A DNA stretch of 62,082 nt, taken from positions 1 to 62,082 of the IMG/VR virus record IMGVR_UViG_3300006893_000280; one strand, given 5' to 3'. The DNA is from a virus (taxonomy: Duplodnaviria > Caudoviricetes). The stretch's first letter is position 1. Each line of letters starts with the position of its first letter. The notes under the pieces are model-generated. The model searched no databases and had not been told where the DNA came from. It saw only the letters and a program-made list of their open reading frames with translations. The position numbers were made by a program, and so were the translations under genes. Shown in pieces: positions 56,572 to 62,082 of the stretch.

Positions 56572-57503
56572 TACTTGGTTCCTTCCGGAGTGGGCGGCAA
56601 CGTGGCGGCGTGCCAATCAATGGGCTTGCGGAACTTATAAAGGGCCACAGCATTTTTCGTGGATTGGCGGGTGGCGACGGTCTGGGCGTTCTTGCCGTGA
56701 CCGACTACGGCGCGGCGGGTGTTGCCCATGACGCGCAGCATCTTGGATCGGGCCAGGTTCAGGGCTTCGTCTGCGTCGTCCGCGCCGTGAACGGCGGCCT
56801 CGAATTCGCGGGCCAACTCGACCGATATCTGCCAGTCGTAGTCGCGCTCGATGTCGCGGTGAGCGCGCCGGATGGCGTTGTAGGTTTCGCCGTGCCCGTC
56901 GACCTCCGGCGGCTGCCCGTCCGGGTCTGTTGCGCTGCGGTAGAACTCGGCGCAATGGGCCTCGATCGCTGCCGCGAGGTCGGGGTCGTAGGGGATGAGG
57001 TATTCGGTCTCGTCGTAGAACGGGCCGAGGCACACCACGTACGTTCGCCGCAGGCCTGACATGTGCATCTGCCACTGGACTTGCAGGAAATACCCGAGGG
57101 GGATTTCTGCGGAGCCCGCAGGCCCCCATTGGTAGTCGCCGCGCCCGTCGGTCTTGGCCTCGATGCCGAACGTCTCGCCGGTGCGATCGTTGGCGGCGAT
57201 ATCGTCTGGGTTGGCGGCGGCCCACGCTTCAAGGCCGGTTCGGGTGAATGTCTTTGTCCCGCATTGGCGTAGCTCGGGGTGGCGACGAAAGAACCGGCGG
57301 AGAATGATCTCCTCGAAGTCCTGGCCGCGCTCGGTGGCTTCATTCGGCCCGTCGGGGTCGATCTCGCCGCGCAGCAGGTGCCATTCCTTGGTGGGGGAGC
57401 TGTACTTGCTGGCGTCGAAGATGCCGGGGATCTTGGATGCGGTGATCTTGCGTGACCACCGGACGCTACCGGGCTCCAGCGCCGCGACCTCGACGCCGGT
57501 CAT
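56571..57503 (-). CDS. YqaJ-like (lambda-exo/RecE-type) exonuclease
   Basis: W...ITASKI, SKY.SP, G..FE, AANPD, IEAKT, Y..QVQWQM. Confidence 0.9.
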   Translation of the reverse strand: MTGVEVAALEPGSVRWSRKITASKIPGIFDASKYSSPTKEWHLLRGEIDPDGPNEATERGQDFEEIILRRFFRRHPELRQCGTKTFTRTGLEAWAAANPDDIAANDRTGETFGIEAKTDGRGDYQWGPAGSAEIPLGYFLQVQWQMHMSGLRRTYVVCLGPFYDETEYLIPYDPDLAAAIEAHCAEFYRSATDPDGQPPEVDGHGETYNAIRRAHRDIERDYDWQISVELAREFEAAVHGADDADEALNLARSKMLRVMGNTRRAVVGHGKNAQTVATRQSTKNAVALYKFRKPIDWHAATLPPTPEGTK

Positions 57504-57628
57504 CCGAGCAGTCCCACGCGGGCCAGCCATACGATGCCGATGCACGTCACGGCCAGCGCGGCTGCGAGCGCGGCGATGACCAGGTGGGCGATGCTGATGG
57601 ACAACGCTTCTCGGCTGCGGTCGCTCAT
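57500..57628 (-). CDS. Small membrane protein (42 aa)
   Basis: ISIAHLVIAALAAALAVTCIGIVWL; coupled both sides. Confidence 0.5.
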   Translation of the reverse strand: MSDRSREALSISIAHLVIAALAAALAVTCIGIVWLARVGLLG

Positions 57629-57903
57629 GCTGCGACTGCCAGTAGCGTCGCCAGCGCGGCGAGCTGATCGAGTGCCTTGTTAATGGCGTCGACCGGCTCG
57701 CGGGCCTCGAGGATCATCCAGGTGACGTCACCGGCGGTGGACGTCCCAGGGAGCCCGACGTACTCCTCCGGGAGGTGGACAGTGACCTCGAATCCGAAGG
57801 ATCTGCTGGTCAGGCACCACAGTGGGACACTGCCGATGACCTGCGGTGCACGCTCGTCCAGCTCGGCGATGGCGTCGGTGAGGATGCTATGGTTGACGGG
57901 CAT
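57625..57903 (-). CDS. Hypothetical protein
   Basis: RBS motif and CCGCCA hairpin upstream. Confidence 0.55.
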   Translation of the reverse strand: MPVNHSILTDAIAELDERAPQVIGSVPLWCLTSRSFGFEVTVHLPEEYVGLPGTSTAGDVTWMILEAREPVDAINKALDQLAALATLLAVAA

Positions 57904-58009
57904 CTGGTGGGTGGTTCCTTTCGGGTGCACTAGGCCGACACTGTTTTTCTCTTGGCGGAGAGGTGTCGGCCGCCCCCGTATCCGGGGGCTTTTCCGGTGT
58001 GAGCGTTGG

Positions 58010-58240
58010 TTAGGCGCTCAGCGGTTCCCATGGGCTCGCCTGGAGCCACACGTCGACATCGGCGGGTCGGATTCGCTTGGAGCGGCCGTCGCCGCCGGGG
58101 GCGCAGGCGGGGAGGTTGCCTGCGGCGATCTGCCGGTCGATGAACGGGTAGCTGAATCCGGTGATGTCGGCGACTTCTTGGACGGTCAGGGCCAGGCGCT
58201 GATTCAGCGGGATGAGGTGGCGTTCAGCCTTCTTGGACAC
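58010..58240 (-). CDS. Excisionase/Cro-like HTH protein
   Basis: LTVQEVADITGFS...I...I.AG.L......RI...DVD.WL; first gene divergent from repressor. Confidence 0.8.
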   Translation of the reverse strand: MSKKAERHLIPLNQRLALTVQEVADITGFSYPFIDRQIAAGNLPACAPGGDGRSKRIRPADVDVWLQASPWEPLSA

Positions 58241-58318
58241 GGGTGGTTCCCTTTCGGTCGTGCGTGGCGGCGCACGGTGTGGCGTAATCGTCATCCCCAA
58301 TGTTTCGATGACATGAAG

Positions 58319-58347
58319 ATCATATGCGCAGTGGATGCGCAGAGCAA
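58319..58347 (-). promoter_or_regulatory. Early lytic promoter with operator as its spacer
   Basis: TTGCTC-N17-TATGAT on - strand; the spacer is exactly TGCGCA-N5-TGCGCA. Confidence 0.75.
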
Positions 58348-58494
58348 GTCTGTAGAATCAGGGATGATGGGAATCAGTCCCGCTCAGACGTAAAAAATCG
58401 TTCAGACCTGGTGCGCAGTGCGCGCGCATTTACTACTTCTTTACTGAATTCCGTCTTTACTTCGTGCCACTGCGCAGGCCACACTGTTGGAACT

Positions 58495-58860
58495 ATGGAG
58501 CAATGGGAGTTCGGCCGACGAGTGGAGGCGGCGCGGGAAGCCGCTGGCCTGTCCAAGCGTGCAGCGGCCAAACGGGCGGGGATCAGCGAGAGCCGCTGGC
58601 GGCAGCTGGAAGCCGGGGTTGAGAACATCCGGGGACAGACCTTCGCGGTGAAGACCACTCCGGAGACAGTCGCGAACATCGCGAAGGCAATCCGGGTCGA
58701 CAGAACCGAGTTGCTCGAGGCCGCAGGATTCGATCCGGAGATGGTCGACATCCCCGACGGCATCGAAACTTACACGGTAGATGTCGCCGGTTTGGACGCC
58801 GAGAAGGTCGAGAAGGTGCGCTCGTATGTCGCGTTCTTGAAATCCGAATCGGGCGATTGA
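58495..58860 (+). CDS. Immunity repressor (XRE HTH)
   Basis: FGRRVEAAREAAGLSKRAAAKRAGISESRWRQLEAG; divergent from early operon. Confidence 0.85.
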   Translation: MEQWEFGRRVEAAREAAGLSKRAAAKRAGISESRWRQLEAGVENIRGQTFAVKTTPETVANIAKAIRVDRTELLEAAGFDPEMVDIPDGIETYTVDVAGLDAEKVEKVRSYVAFLKSESGD

Positions 58861-58903
58861 AGCCGCGGAGCCCGACGTCCCTGGGAACATCGGGCTCCCG
58901 TGC

Positions 58904-59662
58904 TCAGGCCACCGGCGCAGTGTCGTTCGTCACGGGGACCAGCGTGTAGACCATCCACTTGCGACGCCCTGGATAGGACGGCTCCATGATGGTGATGTCG
59001 AAGGATTTGATGTCGCCGTGCGCCATGTCCCGCACGCGAAGCACTGTGACCGGCTGATTCAGGTCGACCTCGGTGTTCCACATCTTGTCGAATGAGGGAT
59101 TGACCGAGCACTTCGAGCGAAGTTCCTCGATACGGTCGGGTGACAATGCGCCAGGGCCGAGCCACTTCAGCCCGTACGCGAAGTTGTGGGCGATCTGCTC
59201 CCAGTCCGGGAAGACCCATTTGGCAATCGGGTCGGTGAACAGCCATTCGAGCAGGTTTGCCCCGCCGGTCAGTCTGAGTATTGAACGATGCCAGTGCTGG
59301 TTCGTAGCGGCGACGTCTCCTGATGGCAGGTACAGGTACGCGGCCGGTGCGCCGATCACATCGAGAAACGCCTTCTCCTGCTGAGAGAGGGGCACCCTCG
59401 ACGGACCGTAGAGTCGCCCGAGCAGGCCTGGAAACAGGCCGTCGACGAGGAACCTGCGGTAGTTGAATGCAATGCCCAGGGCGTCGAACAGTTCGGTCAG
59501 ATATTCCAGGCCGGGTGACCGAGTGCCGTTCTCCACCTTCTCCAGCGCCGATACCGACTTGGTTGTCCGGTCCGCGAGTTCCCGCAGCCTGATCCCTCTG
59601 GACTCGCGACGCTGCCGAATGAACTTGCCCAGCCAGACCACGCCTTGATGCGCGTCGTGCAC
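58904..59662 (-). CDS. MmyB-family regulator (XRE HTH + PAS-like ligand-binding domain)
   Basis: N-terminal XRE HTH; PAAYL...DVAATN..W...GANLLEWLFTDP.A..VFPDWE. Confidence 0.8.
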   Translation of the reverse strand: MHDAHQGVVWLGKFIRQRRESRGIRLRELADRTTKSVSALEKVENGTRSPGLEYLTELFDALGIAFNYRRFLVDGLFPGLLGRLYGPSRVPLSQQEKAFLDVIGAPAAYLYLPSGDVAATNQHWHRSILRLTGGANLLEWLFTDPIAKWVFPDWEQIAHNFAYGLKWLGPGALSPDRIEELRSKCSVNPSFDKMWNTEVDLNQPVTVLRVRDMAHGDIKSFDITIMEPSYPGRRKWMVYTLVPVTNDTAPVA

Positions 59663-59948
59663 AGGTGTCTCCCGTCTTCACGTGCTGATCGGCCCGCACT
59701 TTTGGTGCGGGTTTGTTGACGTATCACCCAGTGCTAACGGACGCTTTGCCATGCCGGTCTCAGTGCTGTGAGCAATAGGGCAGCAACGCAAGCTGATGCC
59801 GCATCGACCATGCGCGGTCCGCGAACCTCGTCGGGAAGGTTCGGCCTGGGGCGACCCCCGCTTCGGCCCGCATGGTCCAACCGTCCCATCCGGAAACGAC
59901 GCGCAGCGCTGGTCGCGTGACCAAGTGTGCAGCATGGAGGATTACCCC

Positions 59949-60596
59949 GTGCATATGGGGGCTTTACTAAGTGATTACCATTACCTTGCTCGCACGTATC
60001 TGCCTGGACTGATAGTTGCGACACACGACCTGCCCATCGGGCGATCCTGGTACATCAAGGACGATCACACCATCCTCATCGACTCGAAACTGCCGCCCCG
60101 ATACCAGCAGCTCCAGACCGTACACATGCTCGCGCATCTTCAGCTTGGGCATGGTTCGGCAGGCGCACGGCAGGCACGCGCGGCACAGCAGGAGCGGGAA
60201 GCCACCAGGCTGGGAACCGAATGGATACTCCCGCCAGCGAAGCTCGCTCGACTGTTGAACACCGTCTCGACCAATGCCACGCAAATCGCAAGCTATCTCG
60301 GGCTGAGCGTGTGGTTTCTGGCCGCCGCGCTATCCGCCGTCCCGCGCGACTACTGGCAGCAGGTGCGAGCATTAACAGACCTGCGGGTCGAATGGCCGCA
60401 GATCTCACCCAAGGCCATCCCTCAATGCGTCCTGCTCGACACCTTGCCCACGATGGCCGCCGCGCCACCAGGTCCGCTCGCCTCATCGCGAACTTCAGCC
60501 GGGCCGCACCGGCCGGGCCAGCTCACGAGCCGCCCGGCCTTCGCGGACATCAGACGGACTGGAACACCACGTTCCTCCAGTCGCCCGGAGCCGTGA
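59949..60596 (+). CDS. ImmA/IrrE-like protein with degenerate HExxH
   Basis: TILIDSKL......T.HMLAH..LGH....EREA.....LP; GTG start after GGAGG. Confidence 0.68.
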   Translation: MHMGALLSDYHYLARTYLPGLIVATHDLPIGRSWYIKDDHTILIDSKLPPRYQQLQTVHMLAHLQLGHGSAGARQARAAQQEREATRLGTEWILPPAKLARLLNTVSTNATQIASYLGLSVWFLAAALSAVPRDYWQQVRALTDLRVEWPQISPKAIPQCVLLDTLPTMAAAPPGPLASSRTSAGPHRPGQLTSRPAFADIRRTGTPRSSSRPEP

Positions 60597-62082
60597 TCGT
60601 CTGCCGCTGCGATATCGGGCTGATCTGGACGAGATCGGCGACACCGTCCTCGGGCTCATCGTCATAGTCGTCGAGCGAGGCGAAGCCGTCCTTGACCTCG
60701 GCGTCGACGATGTCGGCCGTGCCGGCCTCCAGCGCCAACACCTCCGGCTCGTCGAGCTCGACGACGAACTCGGCGTCGATCAGGTCGTCCAGCGCCGACA
60801 GACCCGCACGCTTCACACCCAGGTCGGCGTGCGCATACTTCCGCTGCACAGCCGCGGAGTTGTGCCCCATGATCGCCATACGCACGTCTTCGGGCACCTT
60901 CGCCTCCAGCAGCAGCGTCGCCGTGGTGTGCCGGGCCGCGTGCAGCACGACGTCCGGCGCATCAGCGCGCTTCAACGCCTCGGCCCACAGCAGCTCGTCG
61001 AGCTTCGCTCGCATCGGCGTACCGGGCTTGACCTTCTTCTGGCCGGGCGGCGCGACGAACAACAGCCCCCAGGGGTTCGGTGTCATGGTCTTGACATGCG
61101 CGCGCAGCAGCGCCAACAGTGGCCCAGGGATGGGGATCATGCGGGTCGACTTATTGGTTTTCGGCCGCACCAGGCACATCGCCTTGTACAGGGGCCGGAT
61201 CTCGAACCCTTCTGCGATGTCGTACGCCTCCAGCGGGTAGACGTCGCCAGTCCAGCGCTTCCCGTCCGGCTTGCGGTTGAGCGGGACTTCTTGCAGAGCC
61301 CACGACAGATCGAACGTGCCCTTTTCGAGGTCCAGGGCATCGGGGTGGAGGGTGAGGCCGAGGCATTCGCCTTGCCGGACACCGGTCAGCAGCGCCATGG
61401 CCCAGCGCACCGCCAGGGGATCCGCTGCCTCCAGCGAGGTTCGGATCACTGCGCGCGCAGTGTTGGAGTTCAGGGCCTTGCGCGCCTTCTGCTGGCGCCC
61501 CTGGCCGGTGGGCAGCGCCCGCTGTTCGCCCGAGTCCTGTGCGTTCGAGTTCGGCCGGGGCTTGGCCACCAGCTCGGTGACGTTCTGCTTGAGGCCTAGG
61601 TTCGGTTCCTTCTTCGCATCATCGAGCGCCTTGTGCAGCACGTTGTAGGCGATCTCGGCGGTACGCAGCGATTTCCCGGTCTTCACGATCTCCTTGAGCA
61701 TGTACCGGATGTGCTGCGGCTCCAGCTCTTGCAGCTTGCGCTGGCCGATGTACGGCACGATGTTGCACTTGATCGCCGACTGGTAGTTGCGCCAGACACG
61801 CGGGCGTAGTCGAGGCTTAGCGATCTCGACCAGCCAGTAGGCGAGCCAGGCTTCGACGGTCGTTGTGTCCTTCCGCAGCGACTCGCCCTGCTCCAGCTTC
61901 AGCAGGATCTCTCGGCGCAGCTTGACGACGTCGCCGCGGTTCTTGCGGCGGATGACAATGCGGTCGGGCTTGCCGTCCGGCTTGACGCCGATCTCCATGT
62001 ACCAGGCGTAGACGGTGTATTCCTTGCCCTTGCGCTTCCGCGTCTCCTTGAGGATCTTTCCTTCGCCGCGCGTATTCGACAT
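60550..62082 (-). CDS. int: Tyrosine integrase
   Basis: GVRQGECLGL, PKT, LHAARHT, MGH, KYAH catalytic residues; arm-binding N-terminus. Confidence 0.95.
   Translation of the reverse strand: MSNTRGEGKILKETRKRKGKEYTVYAWYMEIGVKPDGKPDRIVIRRKNRGDVVKLRREILLKLEQGESLRKDTTTVEAWLAYWLVEIAKPRLRPRVWRNYQSAIKCNIVPYIGQRKLQELEPQHIRYMLKEIVKTGKSLRTAEIAYNVLHKALDDAKKEPNLGLKQNVTELVAKPRPNSNAQDSGEQRALPTGQGRQQKARKALNSNTARAVIRTSLEAADPLAVRWAMALLTGVRQGECLGLTLHPDALDLEKGTFDLSWALQEVPLNRKPDGKRWTGDVYPLEAYDIAEGFEIRPLYKAMCLVRPKTNKSTRMIPIPGPLLALLRAHVKTMTPNPWGLLFVAPPGQKKVKPGTPMRAKLDELLWAEALKRADAPDVVLHAARHTTATLLLEAKVPEDVRMAIMGHNSAAVQRKYAHADLGVKRAGLSALDDLIDAEFVVELDEPEVLALEAGTADIVDAEVKDGFASLDDYDDEPEDGVADLVQISPISQRQTITAPGDWRNVVFQSV

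Larger units (their letters stand above)
1..62082. mobile_element. Temperate siphovirus prophage (actinobacterial); att sites not in window
   Basis: Integrase, repressor, replication, terminase, portal, capsid, tail, tape measure and lysis genes in canonical order. Confidence 0.95.

Noticed and set aside
56571-57503. Cas4-like nuclease implying CRISPR adaptation
   Set aside because: Motifs and Sak4 neighbour fit a YqaJ recombination exonuclease
22074-57903. Many proteins end in -AA (ssrA-like Clp degrons)
   Set aside because: Several are explained by overlap with the next gene's RBS (GGAGGCAGC/GCAGCATGA) and high GC; it includes structural proteins unlikely to be tagged
60550-62082. attP/attL/attR or integration-dependent immunity
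   Set aside because: Window ends at the integrase start; no tRNA-like core seen in the repressor; cannot be assessed

Overview
The window is an apparently near-complete temperate siphovirus (prophage) of a high-GC actinobacterium. The cargo (DUF3558/PPE-like/EspG, MmyB) suggests a Nocardia-like host, which is inference. It is trimmed from the stop codon of a Phd antitoxin (1) to the start of a tyrosine integrase (62082), so no att sites are visible. Most genes are on the - strand, in the order: integrase and immunity region (ImmA-like, MmyB-like, XRE repressor, xis/Cro), recombination (YqaJ, Sak4-like), replication, small early genes, a WhiB-like regulator, a ParB/PAPS-reductase/methyltransferase cluster, an island of two convergent type VII (ESX) substrate cassettes, terminase-portal-capsid-tail, lysis and tail fibres. 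The left end holds an Mrr-domain moron, a + strand DUF2786/UvrD/DUF2637 operon and a RelE-Phd pair. The strongest unexplained signal is about 15 stem-loops with an invariant CCGCCA hexaloop but freely covarying stems. They lie in the sense orientation, mostly just upstream of a GAAAGGAACCACC-type ribosome-binding motif in front of early genes, and are a candidate phage-wide RNA regulon. Other highlights are the two ESX cassettes, a duplicated tail chaperone apparently replacing the usual frameshift, a TGCGCA-N5-TGCGCA operator, and a candidate type I toxin. All protein family calls are from motif recognition by eye; no searches were run.
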